NCBI GenBank assembly: GCA_036703275.1
Contig: DATNPK010000082.1
Span: forward strand, 86,130-150,129
DNA: 64,000 nucleotides
Source: Coleofasciculaceae cyanobacterium
GTDB taxonomy: Bacteria; Cyanobacteriota; Cyanobacteriia; Cyanobacteriales; Xenococcaceae
Direction: 5' to 3'
Shown: piece after piece, positions 9,803 to 19,731 of the stretch
Position numbering within the stretch: the first letter of the stretch is position 1
How the letters are laid out: each line of letters begins with the position of its first letter
The notes under the pieces: generated by a model
What the model saw: the letters and a program-made list of their open reading frames with translations, nothing else
Told to the model about the DNA's origin: nothing
The model's database searches: none
Translations under genes and position numbers: made by a program

Positions 9803-11164
9803 TTAAACTAATGATTTTGATGGTTCGGATTGTTCGATCGATTCAGTTTCTGGATCTAAAGCGTCAATTATGCCTAATATTTCTCTTTCAAAGCTAACCT
9901 GCGCCCGATTAGTTTTAGCCCCAAAATAAAAGTTATTATTCTGTTCCAATGCCCAAATTTGAGAATGAGAAAAGTAACTCATCACTACTCCCAGCATTAG
10001 CAGTGCAAACCCTGTATAGACAATAGGTACACCAGGATCGGCTTTAATCTGTAGACCAGTGCTGCCAATAATATCGATTAGCTTAATTTTAATTCCGTCA
10101 ATATCTACACTTTGACCAATACGGATCGCGCTGGTTAATTCTCCCTGTTGGTTATAAATTAAGGCTGTTCCCTGTAAGTCCTTAATTAACATCGAAACAC
10201 CAGAACTCATATCAGGTTTGGTAGGAATCCAAGTTCCCCAGATGTTTCCTGCACCAAGAGTATCTAACTTAGCTACTGGTAGCTGAAAAATAGGACTATT
10301 GTTCAACTGAACTCTAGCAGCAGCAATACTCCAGTTAGTCTGATACAAGGTAACGCCATCGTAACGCAAGGGCTTATTGACATGGATAGTTGACCGCTTT
10401 AATTCCTTACCGCGATCGCTTATTACGGAAAGATCGGAATAAAACTGATCGATATCTCCGTTATCGGTATAGTCAATCCAGAAGCGATTAACCTTAACTG
10501 ACCAGTTATCAGGAATCTGAGAAGCCGAAAAAGGGCCTGATTCAATAATATTCTGAATTTTAAAAGTGTCCCCGCTGGCGATCATTTCCTGGGCAAAAAA
10601 GCCAGTAAAGATGCCCCACATTCCCCCTGCTAAGACCATTAGCATCCCAATATGTACGACAATCGGTCCAATCCGCCCAATAAGACCTTTGCGGGCATAT
10701 AGAGTATTGTCCTGTTGCCAAATTTGATAGTTTTGCTTATTTAATAAAGGAATCAAAGATTTAATTGAACCCTGTTCTAATTTGGCACTGAGAGCTAATT
10801 TCTCAAACTGCTGCGGTTTTTGATAGTATTTCCATTTACGGGCAGCTTTAAGGGCAGGCAACTGGCGGGTAAAGGTACAGGCCGTCAAGCTAGCACCAAA
10901 TAGAATTAGTAACGAAAGATACCACCAGGTACTATATACATGGTTTAGACCCCAGACTAAAATCACTTTCCAAGTCAAAAAACCATATAAAGCAGGAGAT
11001 TCAGGGTAGTTTTCTTGGTAGAAAGAGAGGGTTTCAGCTTGCTCAATTACTGTACCTGCAATACTAACTACAGCGATCGCCAATAGCAAAATAATAGCTA
11101 ATTTTAAGTTAGCGATAATGCCGAGAAAACGACGGAAGATTGAATTTGGTTTTAAGAGATTCAT
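9803..11164 (-). CDS. ccsB: cytochrome c biogenesis protein CcsB (Ccs1/ResB family, system II)
   Basis: 453-aa ORF. The N-terminal ResB-like region ([32 protein letters not shown]) is followed by a large soluble domain and a C-terminal TM helix. It is adjacent to ccdA, as is typical. Confidence 0.9.
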   Translation of the reverse strand: MNLLKPNSIFRRFLGIIANLKLAIILLLAIAVVSIAGTVIEQAETLSFYQENYPESPALYGFLTWKVILVWGLNHVYSTWWYLSLLILFGASLTACTFTRQLPALKAARKWKYYQKPQQFEKLALSAKLEQGSIKSLIPLLNKQNYQIWQQDNTLYARKGLIGRIGPIVVHIGMLMVLAGGMWGIFTGFFAQEMIASGDTFKIQNIIESGPFSASQIPDNWSVKVNRFWIDYTDNGDIDQFYSDLSVISDRGKELKRSTIHVNKPLRYDGVTLYQTNWSIAAARVQLNNSPIFQLPVAKLDTLGAGNIWGTWIPTKPDMSSGVSMLIKDLQGTALIYNQQGELTSAIRIGQSVDIDGIKIKLIDIIGSTGLQIKADPGVPIVYTGFALLMLGVVMSYFSHSQIWALEQNNNFYFGAKTNRAQVSFEREILGIIDALDPETESIEQSEPSKSLV

Positions 11165-11204
11165 TATGTATGATGTTGGGAGTTGGTAATAGCAATGAGT
11201 GTCT

Positions 11205-11945
11205 TTAGAATCTAATTACAGGCAACCGAGACAACAGGGAAAAGATGCCAAAGCCGAGTAACAAAGCCCCACTGACAGGATTGATCCAGCTAGACCAACG
11301 GCGTAATTCTAAGATTTTTTTGATTGAAGCGGTAAATGTTCCTGCGATAACCAAGGGGGTAACGTAACCGATCGCATAAGCAATTAATAAACCGCCACCT
11401 AAAACTAAATCCTGAGTGGTAGCTACCCAAGTTAGCAGAGTTGCCAGTACAGGAGTACTGCAAGGAGAAGCAATTAAGCCAAAAGTCAGACCGAGTAAAT
11501 AAGAACGCAATCCACGGGGTAAATCTTCAGCAATCCAGTCTGTTGCGCCCAAAGAAGGAAAACGTAACGGGAGAATTTCTAATAAATTTAATCCCATCGC
11601 GATCGCCACTAGACTGACAACGATTGGCAAACCGACACCTATTTGTCCGTATACTTTACCAATCGTCGTGGCAACAATACCCAAAATAGCTAAGGTAGTC
11701 GCTAAGCCCAAGGCAAACCAGCTAGACTGGGCTGCTGCCTGTAATCTGCCCTCAGACTCATAACCTCCGATGTACCCTACGGTAATCGGCAGCATCGACA
11801 GCATACAGGGAGTCAAGCTAGTAACCAGCCCTGCCAAAAATATCACGCCAATACTGATCGCGCTGAGATGAGTTAATTGAGAAGAGACTAGGCGATCGGC
11901 AAATCGCTCTAATAAATATATCTGTGTTTGTAAAAATTCCAGCAT
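11205..11945 (-). CDS. ccdA: cytochrome c-type biogenesis thiol-disulfide transporter CcdA (DsbD-like)
   Basis: The ORF has six TM helices and the two conserved Cys motifs ([13 protein letters not shown] and [14 protein letters not shown]). I prefer the ATG at 11945 (MLEFLQ...) over the upstream TTG at 11990. Confidence 0.85.
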   Translation of the reverse strand: MLEFLQTQIYLLERFADRLVSSQLTHLSAISIGVIFLAGLVTSLTPCMLSMLPITVGYIGGYESEGRLQAAAQSSWFALGLATTLAILGIVATTIGKVYGQIGVGLPIVVSLVAIAMGLNLLEILPLRFPSLGATDWIAEDLPRGLRSYLLGLTFGLIASPCSTPVLATLLTWVATTQDLVLGGGLLIAYAIGYVTPLVIAGTFTASIKKILELRRWSSWINPVSGALLLGFGIFSLLSRLPVIRF

Positions 11946-12089
11946 TAAAAAATTAATCGATTTAGGCCTACCCCTCTTGAATTCTATCAAAATACCTAAA
12001 TTCTATAGATCTCAAAGCTGAAAAGACACTAAATATTAGCGGACGTGCTATCAAAGTTAAAGAACTAGCACAAAGAATCACAAGCCAAT

Positions 12090-13181
12090 ATGTTCAATAA
12101 AAATACAATTTTCTTAGTTTTATTACTGTTTATTCCCGTTTCCATTGCGGCACACTTTTTAGAATGGGGGGAGACTACCGTATTTATTACCGCAGCTTTG
12201 GGAATTATCCCGCTAGCTGGCTATATGGGTACAGCTACCGAAGAAATCGCCGTAGTAACAGGCCCCAATATCGGCGGTTTGCTCAACGCTACCTTTGGTA
12301 ATGCTACTGAATTAATCTTAGCTTTTATCGCCCTCAAAGCTGGCTTAGTTGGCGTGGTTAAAGCTACCATCACAGGTTCGATTATCAGTAACCTGCTGTT
12401 GGTCATGGGATTTTCCATGTTGCTGGGAGGATTACGCTTTAAGGAACAGAAATTTCAGTCCACCGTAGCCCGTCTCAATGCTTCTTCAATGAACCTGGCG
12501 GTAATTGCCTTACTTTTACCTACAGCAGTACAGTACACATCCGCAGGTATCGAAGAACAAACGCTGCAAAACTTATCCGTAGCCGTAGCAGGAATTTTAA
12601 TTTTAGTTTATCTTTTAACGTTACTGTTCTCGATGAAGACTCATGCCTATCTTTGTGATGTGGGCGATGTCGTTTTAGATGAGGGTGGAGAAGGTGAACC
12701 CAAAGTTAATTTGCCCTTTTGGATATCTATTTTGTTGCTAGTCACCCTAGCAGTAGCAGTAGAATCAGAACTACTCGTAGATTCTTTGGAAGCAGCCACG
12801 AGTAACTTGGGTTTAAGTGCCTTGTTTACTGGAGTAATATTACTACCAATTATTGGTAATGCAGCAGAACACGCCACGGCGGTATCTGTAGCGATGAAAG
12901 ACAAGATGGATCTTTCCGTATCCGTGGCGGTAGGCTCAAGTATGCAGATTGCTTTATTTGTTGCCCCAGTACTAGTAATTGCTGGATGGATTATGGGTCA
13001 GCCGATGGATCTCAACTTTAATCCTTTTGAACTAGTGGCAGTAAGCGTAGCGGTGCTAATTGCGAATTCGATTAGTTCTGACGGAGAGTCTAACTGGTTG
13101 GAGGGAAGTTTATTGCTAGCGACTTATGCTGTAGTAGCGCTGGCTTTCTTTTTCCATCCAGTTGTTGAAGGAATGATTTAG
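12090..13181 (+). CDS. Ca2+/H+ antiporter (CAX family)
   Basis: 363-aa polytopic ORF with the duplicated alpha-repeat signatures GNATELILAFIAL and GNAAEHATAVSVAM, separated by an acidic loop (DVGDVVLDEGGEGE). Confidence 0.9.
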   Translation: MFNKNTIFLVLLLFIPVSIAAHFLEWGETTVFITAALGIIPLAGYMGTATEEIAVVTGPNIGGLLNATFGNATELILAFIALKAGLVGVVKATITGSIISNLLLVMGFSMLLGGLRFKEQKFQSTVARLNASSMNLAVIALLLPTAVQYTSAGIEEQTLQNLSVAVAGILILVYLLTLLFSMKTHAYLCDVGDVVLDEGGEGEPKVNLPFWISILLLVTLAVAVESELLVDSLEAATSNLGLSALFTGVILLPIIGNAAEHATAVSVAMKDKMDLSVSVAVGSSMQIALFVAPVLVIAGWIMGQPMDLNFNPFELVAVSVAVLIANSISSDGESNWLEGSLLLATYAVVALAFFFHPVVEGMI

Positions 13182-13384
13182 CTGATTTACAGATATATAT
13201 ATTTGTTAATCTATTTGTCTTTTATGGGGATAGAGTCGTAATTCTTATCCCCATTCTCTTTATCTAATGGTTGATTAAAAAATACTAGACACTAAAAGTT
13301 GTGTCGTAGCAATCGAAGCAGGAGAAATTGAAGAACACGATCTTATAGATGTGGTCGCGTCTTCAGATATAAAATCCGAAGCTT

Positions 13385-13651
13385 GTGACGACCGTGCGTA
13401 AGCTTGCTTGGGATAAAAATGGTTGGTCAGACTATTTGTACTGGCAGCAGCAAGAGAAGAAAACTCTCAAAAGAATCAATCGACTGGTACAGGATACTTT
13501 AGTTTCTCCATTTGACGGGATAGGTAAACCAGAACCTTTGAAAGAGAACTCATCGGGTTATTGGTCGAGAAGAATTGATGAAACCAATCGACTTGTTTAT
13601 CAGGTGAGTGATAAGTACATAACAGTTATTTCATGTCGCTATCATTATTAA
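13385..13651 (+). CDS. yoeB: Txe/YoeB family type II toxin (no intact YefM partner upstream)
   Basis: The sequence KLAWDKNGWSDYLYWQQQEKKTLKRINRLVQDT...GIGKPEPLKENSSGYWSRRIDETNRLVYQV...ISCRYHY is a near-canonical YoeB. The real start is probably the GTG at 13385 or 13394. Confidence 0.85.
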   Translation: MTTVRKLAWDKNGWSDYLYWQQQEKKTLKRINRLVQDTLVSPFDGIGKPEPLKENSSGYWSRRIDETNRLVYQVSDKYITVISCRYHY

Positions 13652-13652
13652 A

Positions 13653-13937
13653 TTGGTAAATCGATACAGCCAGAAAATTCGTCAATCGCTACAAAAAATA
13701 GATCGACTGTGGACGAAAAATAGTGGTAGACGGTTTGGTTTTACTCCTCACAAAAAAGCTTATTTAGCAACAGAAAATAACTTTAATGATTATGTTGAAT
13801 CTACTTACGAAGCATTTGGCGATCGCCTTAGTTGGAGAATTTTTGGTTCTTGGAAAAGATATCAAGATTTTAATTTTCAAAAGATTGACACAGCGATGAC
13901 TCCACAACCAAGAAAAACTAGAATTAGCCCTGGCTGA
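13653..13937 (+). CDS. hypothetical protein
   Basis: 94-aa ORF with a TTG start directly after the yoeB stop. I recognise no motif in it. Confidence 0.3.
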   Translation: MVNRYSQKIRQSLQKIDRLWTKNSGRRFGFTPHKKAYLATENNFNDYVESTYEAFGDRLSWRIFGSWKRYQDFNFQKIDTAMTPQPRKTRISPG

Positions 13938-14128
13938 CTACAATACGCGCGATCGCATTCAATCCTAATAATGCTCAAGCTTATGGTAATTTAGGCTTGG
14001 TTTATATGAAAATGGACAACACAGAAGCAGCAAAAACTAACTTACACAAAGCCCAAGAATTATTTATTGCTCAGGGTAATACTGCTGGTGCAGAACAAGT
14101 AGCTAATATTTTGCAGCAATTACCTTAA
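13928..14128 (+). pseudogene. C-terminal fragment of a TPR-repeat protein
   Basis: The open frame has no start codon. It reads ...AIAFNPNNAQAYGNLGLVYMKMDNTEAAKTNLHKAQELFIAQGNTAGAEQVANILQQLP*, which is a typical TPR motif plus tail. Confidence 0.45.
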
Positions 14129-14246
14129 TAGGAAACAAGTCGAAAGTACCACAAGGGTATAACATCAAAAGTCACATTGTCCTGCGGGAACAGGAAAAGT
14201 TTTCCTAGATTGGGCATTGCCCACCTCACCAATTATTTATATGTGT

Positions 14247-14516
14247 CTATTCTTCTACTGATACAGGCTGGAAATCAATCGTTAGACCTACTGCCTGTAA
14301 TATCGAGGTTAATGTATCTAATGTTGGATTTCCATCTCCCCTTAGAATTCGATAAAGGTGCTGTCTTAATATCTTAGATTTATTGGCAATCACTTGAGTC
14401 TAATCTTTGGCTTCCACTACATTTTTTAACGCCAATAAAAATGCTTCTGTATTTCCATCTGATAATGTTTCATCCAAAGCAGCTTTTACAGCAGTTTTCA
14501 AATGAATAGACCACAT
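14247..14516 (-). pseudogene. HigA-family addiction-module antidote protein with in-frame TAG
   Basis: The 90-codon frame reads MWSIHLKTAVKAALDETLSDGNTEAFLLALKNVVEAKD*TQVIANKSKILRQHLYRILRGDGNPTLDTLTSILQAVGL.... The stop is at codon 39 (14400-14402). No partner toxin lies upstream. Confidence 0.55.
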
Positions 14517-14643
14517 TGATTTGTTTAAGTAATAAGTAATAAGGCAAGAAACTCATTACTCATTACTTATTAATTCAGCCCAGCATTTTAGCCTAGATGT
14601 GCTACTACCAAGTCTCTTCTTACTTTTGAGAATATGAATTGAA

Positions 14644-14668
14644 AAAGGTGGGCAATTAGCCCACCTTT
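14644..14668 (-). terminator. rho-independent terminator downstream of the clpC-like gene
   Basis: A perfect 10-bp stem (AAAGGTGGGC / GCCCACCTTT) with a 5-nt loop. On the minus strand it is followed by TTTTT. It lies 35 nt past the stop at 14703. Confidence 0.6.
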
Positions 14669-14702
14669 ATGATTAATCTATTTGTCTGATATTTCAATCA
14701 AA

Positions 14703-17069
14703 TTAACGAGTTGTTTCTACCAAAACGTGTTCTTTGACTGGAGTAACAGTAGTCTTACCAGCTTCGTCAATATCAACTAGGGCATTATCGCCGTCATTAA
14801 CGTGACCAGAAAGAATTGCTTCAGCTAGGCTGTCTTCCAGTAGTCGCATAATCGCACGACGCAGAGGTCTTGCACCATAGCTAGGATCGAAACCTTCTTC
14901 AATTACCTTGTCTTCAAAGGCACTGGTAACCCCAAGAGTAATCTCACGCTGTTCTTCTAGTCTGGCAGATATCTCTTCGAGCAAAATACCAGCAATTTGT
15001 CTAACTTCGGGTTTGGTTAGCTGACGGAAGACAATAATTTCATCAAGACGGTTGATAAACTCAGGACGGAAATAGTTTTTCAATTCTTGATTGACAAGAT
15101 CTTTGATGCGGTTGTATTGCGCATCGTCTTTATCGCCAGAGAAGTCAAAACCTAAGCCACTACCACCTTTTTCAATCACTTTAGACCCAATATTAGAGGT
15201 CATAATAATGAGGGTGTTTTTAAAGCTAACTGTGCGTCCTTGAGCATCGGTAAGACGACCATCATCAAGCATCTGCAACATCAAGTTAAAGACATCGGGA
15301 TGAGCTTTTTCGATCTCATCGAACAACACGATGGTGTAGGGCTGACGACGTACAGCTTCGGTTAGCTGTCCACCTTCGTCATAACCAACAAACCCTGGAG
15401 GAGAACCAATAAGCTTAGATACAGTATGGGATTCCATGTACTCTGACATATCTATGCGAATAATCGCATCTTGTGAGCCAAACATCTGAATCGCTAATGC
15501 TTTGGCAAGTTCTGTTTTACCTACTCCAGTAGGACCAGAAAAGAACAAACTAGCGATGGGTCGATCGCGATCGCCTAATCCAGAACGAGAACGGCGTAGG
15601 GCGCGAGAAACGGCTCTAACAGCTTCATCTTGACCAATAACGCGCTCATGAAGATTATCTTCAAGATACATCAATGTTTCTGATTCGGTTTCCGTCATTT
15701 TGGTAACGGGTACTCCAGTCCAAGCAGCGACAATACGCGCGATCGCTTCTTCATCTACTACAGGAGTCAAGGCTTCGGGATTAATGGTAGGCACATCTAC
15801 CTGATTTTGTGACTTACCCTGCTGTAGACAGTGGTTGAGATGAGTGCGTGAACCAGCTTCATCGATCAAGTCAATTGCCTTATCGGGTAAAAAACGGTCT
15901 GTAATATATCTTTCGGAGAAAATTACCGCAGTTTTAATCGCTTCGTCACTATATTTAACTTTGTGGAAATCTTCGTAAGTTTTACGTAATCCCTGAAGAA
16001 TTTCAATTGCATCTTCAATCGAAGGTTCACCCACCATTACTTTTTGGAAACGGCGTTCTAGTGCTGCATCCCGTTCGATATGCTGGCGATACTCATCTAG
16101 AGTGGTGCTACCAAGACATTGAATTTCGCCTCTGCCTAAAGCAGGCTTGAGCATATTAGCAGCATCCATCGCGCCACCCATTGCACCTGCGCCAACGATG
16201 GTATGAATCTCGTCAATCACCAGGATAATATTACCCGCAGCGCGAACTTCTTCGACAATAGACTTGAGCCGTTCTTCAAACTCGCCTCTAAACTTAGTTC
16301 CTGCAAGCAGCGAACCCATGTCCAGGCTAATTACTTCTTTATCAGCCAAGAGAGAAGAGACATCACCCTCAACAATACGTTGAGCTAATCCTTCGGCGAT
16401 CGCGGTTTTACCAACTCCAGGCTCACCTACTAAGATTGGGTTATTTTTGGTGCGTCTACCTAGGATCTGGACTGCTCTTTCAATTTCTGGATATCTACCT
16501 ACTACCGGGTCTAGTTTGCCTTGTCTAGCTAAGTCAGTTAGATTAATACTAAATTCTTTAAGCTTAGTTGTCTTTTCTCTACCGCCACCAAAACCGAAAG
16601 GATTATCTTTACTAGCAGTAGCAGCAACTACCTCGGCTTCGCCTAATTTTTTGATTAGATCGGTTCGCAGCTGTCTTAGGTTAACATTCTGTTTAGTTAA
16701 TAATTTTACTGCCATATTGTCTGTCTGCTTGATGATCGCCAACAGAATATGTTCAGGACTAATAAAATTACTTTTCAACTGACGCGCTTCATTAAAAGCC
16801 TGTTCTAGGATTCTTTTAGCTTTGGGTGTGAAAGGAATATTAGCAGGGATAAACCCAGAACCTTTACCTACAACCTCAATTGCTAAATTTCTGGTATTAT
16901 CGAGGTCGATACCCAAGTTGGCTAATAATTCTGCTGCTGTAGATGTTCCCTCTCCAATCACTCCCAATAAAATGTGTTCCGTACCCACAAGATTATGCCC
17001 TGTGTTTCTGGCTTCTTCTTGAGCGAGAACAACGTTTTTTATGGCTTTTTCATTGAAGTATTCAAACAT
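14703..17069 (-). CDS. Clp/Hsp100 class I AAA+ chaperone, divergent ClpC paralogue
   Basis: 788-aa ORF. It has a duplicated Clp_N domain ([20 protein letters not shown]...). It has two AAA+ modules ([19 protein letters not shown]; [23 protein letters not shown]). It also has a ClpP-loop-like LGF tripeptide. The linker between the modules is very short. Confidence 0.85.
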   Translation of the reverse strand: MFEYFNEKAIKNVVLAQEEARNTGHNLVGTEHILLGVIGEGTSTAAELLANLGIDLDNTRNLAIEVVGKGSGFIPANIPFTPKAKRILEQAFNEARQLKSNFISPEHILLAIIKQTDNMAVKLLTKQNVNLRQLRTDLIKKLGEAEVVAATASKDNPFGFGGGREKTTKLKEFSINLTDLARQGKLDPVVGRYPEIERAVQILGRRTKNNPILVGEPGVGKTAIAEGLAQRIVEGDVSSLLADKEVISLDMGSLLAGTKFRGEFEERLKSIVEEVRAAGNIILVIDEIHTIVGAGAMGGAMDAANMLKPALGRGEIQCLGSTTLDEYRQHIERDAALERRFQKVMVGEPSIEDAIEILQGLRKTYEDFHKVKYSDEAIKTAVIFSERYITDRFLPDKAIDLIDEAGSRTHLNHCLQQGKSQNQVDVPTINPEALTPVVDEEAIARIVAAWTGVPVTKMTETESETLMYLEDNLHERVIGQDEAVRAVSRALRRSRSGLGDRDRPIASLFFSGPTGVGKTELAKALAIQMFGSQDAIIRIDMSEYMESHTVSKLIGSPPGFVGYDEGGQLTEAVRRQPYTIVLFDEIEKAHPDVFNLMLQMLDDGRLTDAQGRTVSFKNTLIIMTSNIGSKVIEKGGSGLGFDFSGDKDDAQYNRIKDLVNQELKNYFRPEFINRLDEIIVFRQLTKPEVRQIAGILLEEISARLEEQREITLGVTSAFEDKVIEEGFDPSYGARPLRRAIMRLLEDSLAEAILSGHVNDGDNALVDIDEAGKTTVTPVKEHVLVETTR

Positions 17070-17222
17070 AGTTTAGAAAACTCCTCTTTTTTTCTTTATT
17101 AATATTTCTTTATCTTCTGTCTTCAATTTATCGCTTTTAGTTGCCAAGCTGTAGTCGTAAAAGCCGTAATCTTTGCTAAATTTTGGTCAAATCGGTAATA
17201 TCTATAGTTTGAGCTACATCTT

Positions 17223-17825
17223 ATGATTGACGAAGGCTACATTAAATATCAATGTAATTGGAATCGAGCTTCAGCGATCGCTGAGGCGGAAATTGTTGAA
17301 TTAAATCAATGGCGAACTAAGCTATATCAATTGGGTTTAATCGGTCAATACGACAATGGAATTGGCTTTGGTAATCTCAGTGTTCGTCTTGCCAATACTT
17401 CAGAATTCATCATATCAGGAACACAAACAGGGGGAATTGCCAACTTAACGGCGCAGCACTATACAAAAGTTACTGATTATAACTGGCAAGAAAACTACGT
17501 CACCTGCCAAGGGTTAATCAAAGCTTCTTCAGAAACATTGACCCATGCTGCTATTTATGTCGCCGAACCTGAAGTAAATGCGGTAGTCCATGTTCATCAT
17601 CAAAAAATGTGGCGTAGACTGTTAAATCGCTTTCCTACCACTAATCCTGTTTGCGCTTACGGTACACCACAAATGGCACAAGAAATTATTCGATTGTGTC
17701 AACAACCAGCAACTCAACGACAAAAAATTATGGTCATGAGTGGACACGAAGAAGGTATTTTAAGCTTTGGCAAAAATTTAACTGAAGCTAGCGAAATCTT
17801 ACTCGCTCACTTCTTAGCTATTTGA
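17223..17825 (+). CDS. class II aldolase/adducin family protein
   Basis: 200-aa ORF with the family pattern (GFGNLSVR ... ISGTQTG ... THAAIY ... VVHVHH). Confidence 0.7.
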   Translation: MIDEGYIKYQCNWNRASAIAEAEIVELNQWRTKLYQLGLIGQYDNGIGFGNLSVRLANTSEFIISGTQTGGIANLTAQHYTKVTDYNWQENYVTCQGLIKASSETLTHAAIYVAEPEVNAVVHVHHQKMWRRLLNRFPTTNPVCAYGTPQMAQEIIRLCQQPATQRQKIMVMSGHEEGILSFGKNLTEASEILLAHFLAI

Positions 17826-17925
17826 TTTTTCACGTTTCATGTATTTAATGATTGTTTTGAGCATTGTCGGTATTGATTGACTAATCCTGGCATATGGATA
17901 AAATAAGCAAAGCCCAAAACATATT

Positions 17926-18600
17926 ATGGAAGATGACAAATTGATCGCTCGACCTCGACTTTATCAAAAAAAGAATCGTTCCATCATGCTACCTGTGTTG
18001 GCAGCGATCGCTCTGCTACTTAGCATTATGTTTAGTTCCCCTGTTACAGCTAAACTGTTTGATGGTCCTGTAGATCGACTTCCTTTGGAACAGAGGGTTT
18101 CCCTGAAAAAAGGAGAATTAGTTTTTTTGGGCAAAGCTGGCGACTATACCTCTCGTTTGCTGATTAAAACTTCGATGGACAATGTATGGCAGGTTTTGAC
18201 CGACTATGAAAATTTTGCTAAATTTATGCCTGGAGTTGTTAGCAGTGAGCTGATTGAAACTAATGGCGATCGCAAAGTATTTGAACAAATTAACAAAATC
18301 AAAACTCTAGTTTTCAGTATTGAGTCGAGAGTGAAGGTTGCCACCATCGAATCTTATCCCGAACAGATTGCCTTTGAAGCAGTGGACGGCGATTTAAAAG
18401 CCATGAATGGAAAATGGATGTTAGAACCTGTATCACCATATCCTAGTGCGCCTTTCGACCAAGTTTTAATTACCCATCAAGTAATGGTCGAACCTGGTAA
18501 AACTCCTAGCGACGGCATTTTTTTTAGTATCTATGAAGATCGTTTACAAGAAACTTTAAAGGCAATTAAGCAGGAGGTTGAGAAACGAGCCAAGCAATAA
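17926..18600 (+). CDS. SRPBCC (cyclase/dehydrase, START-like) family protein with N-terminal TM/signal anchor
   Basis: 224-aa ORF. A hydrophobic segment MLPVLAAIALLLSIMFSSPV is followed by a polyketide_cyc2-like pattern (VWQVLTDYENFAKFMPGVVSSELIE...). Confidence 0.65.
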   Translation: MEDDKLIARPRLYQKKNRSIMLPVLAAIALLLSIMFSSPVTAKLFDGPVDRLPLEQRVSLKKGELVFLGKAGDYTSRLLIKTSMDNVWQVLTDYENFAKFMPGVVSSELIETNGDRKVFEQINKIKTLVFSIESRVKVATIESYPEQIAFEAVDGDLKAMNGKWMLEPVSPYPSAPFDQVLITHQVMVEPGKTPSDGIFFSIYEDRLQETLKAIKQEVEKRAKQ

Positions 18601-18611
18601 ACCGAGCGAAG

Positions 18612-19418
18612 CTATTTTTGTTTATTGGTTAGCGTTAGTTGTCTTTTGGCTTCGTATAGTAACAAAGCGGTGGCAACACCAACGTTTAAAGACTCTACTT
18701 CATTTGCTAGAGGAATTGTTGCCTGCTGATCTGCCAGATCGATCAACTCTTGAGATAATCCTGCTCCCTCATTACCGAATAAAATCAAGCTAGGGCGGGT
18801 AAAATCTATTTCCCAGTAAGTTTTGTTGGCTTTGGAGGTAGTAGCAATAATCTGTACTCCCTGCTGCTGATGTTGTCGAGCTAGTTCAGGTAAATTTTGG
18901 CACTCAGCAACAGGCACTCGAAACCATTGTCCCGCACTTGAGCGAAGCACCTTTGGGCTATAAATATCGATGCTATCGGCACTGAGCCAAAGACCGTCAA
19001 CCTCGGTTGCTGCTGCACTACGTAGGATTGTGCCTAAATTTCCAGGATCTTGCAGCCTTTCTAAGGCAATTCCCAGGCGGTTGAGAACGATCGCTGGTTT
19101 TGTCTTGGCACGAGTCGCGATCGCGACTACTCCATCTGGATTAACTGTAGTCGCGATCGCATTTAATACATCCGAACTTACAGGTTGAGTGGTAAAGTTT
19201 TTTTCAGCAATTATTCGGTACAGTGACTGATGATTTTGTTGCCATCGCTCTGTGTAAAAAACCGTATCTAATTTATAGTCCGCTTGACAAGCTGTTGCGA
19301 TCAAATTAGTTCCTTCGATTAACAACAGGTTTTGCTGAAGTCTTTCCTTGGCGCGGTGAAGCTTACGAACCTGTTTAATTAAAGGATTTTGGATACTAGT
19401 TAAAATTATATCTTTCAC
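18612..19418 (-). CDS. TrmH/SpoU family RNA 2'-O-methyltransferase
   Basis: 268-aa ORF with the SpoU motifs (LERLQDPGNLGTILRSAAA; LILFGNEGAGLS; IPLANEVESLNVGVA). Confidence 0.85.
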   Translation of the reverse strand: MKDIILTSIQNPLIKQVRKLHRAKERLQQNLLLIEGTNLIATACQADYKLDTVFYTERWQQNHQSLYRIIAEKNFTTQPVSSDVLNAIATTVNPDGVVAIATRAKTKPAIVLNRLGIALERLQDPGNLGTILRSAAATEVDGLWLSADSIDIYSPKVLRSSAGQWFRVPVAECQNLPELARQHQQQGVQIIATTSKANKTYWEIDFTRPSLILFGNEGAGLSQELIDLADQQATIPLANEVESLNVGVATALLLYEAKRQLTLTNKQK

Positions 19419-19470
19419 TTAGCTGTTGACGAATAGCATTGTTCAAAGTAATACTTTGATTGCCTGATAG

Positions 19471-19555
19471 TGCGGAACTCGGGACTTGAACCCGAATGTT
19501 TTAAGCAAACACTAGAATCTGAATCTAGCGCGTCTACCAATTCCGCCAGTTCCGC
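19471..19555 (-). tRNA. tRNA-Leu (anticodon CAG)
   Basis: The reverse complement is GCGGAACTGGCGGAATTGGTAGACGCGCTAGATTCAGATTCTAGTGTTTGCTTAAAACATTCGGGTTCAAGTCCCGAGTTCCGCA. Acceptor is GCGGAAC/GTTCCGC. The anticodon arm is CTAGA-TTCAGAT-TCTAG. It has a long variable arm and the T arm TCGGG/CCCGA. Confidence 0.9.
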
Positions 19556-19731
19556 AAAAAACCTGAATACACCAAAACTTATTATGATTGACTTTTATGT
19601 TTAATGTCAAACCCCAAAAAAATCTAAAATTGAATTTTTTTTACCCAGACTGTTCAATTAAATTTTTGAAGTCTATCTTTGTACTACGCAAACGCTGAAA
19701 TTAATATATTTATTATCAAGAGGATAAAGCC

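Noticed and set aside
12221-12904. Antisense ORFs 12221-12418 and 12647-12904 in the CAX antiporter gene
   Set aside because: They are embedded antisense to a well-supported polytopic transporter ORF.
16203-17022. Plus-strand ORFs 16203-16388, 16447-16782, 16822-17022
   Set aside because: They are antisense to the ClpC-like gene. They are frame artefacts of a long conserved ORF.
18578-19188. ORFs 18578-18793(+) and 18970-19188(+)
   Set aside because: They are antisense to the TrmH-family methyltransferase gene and show no motifs.
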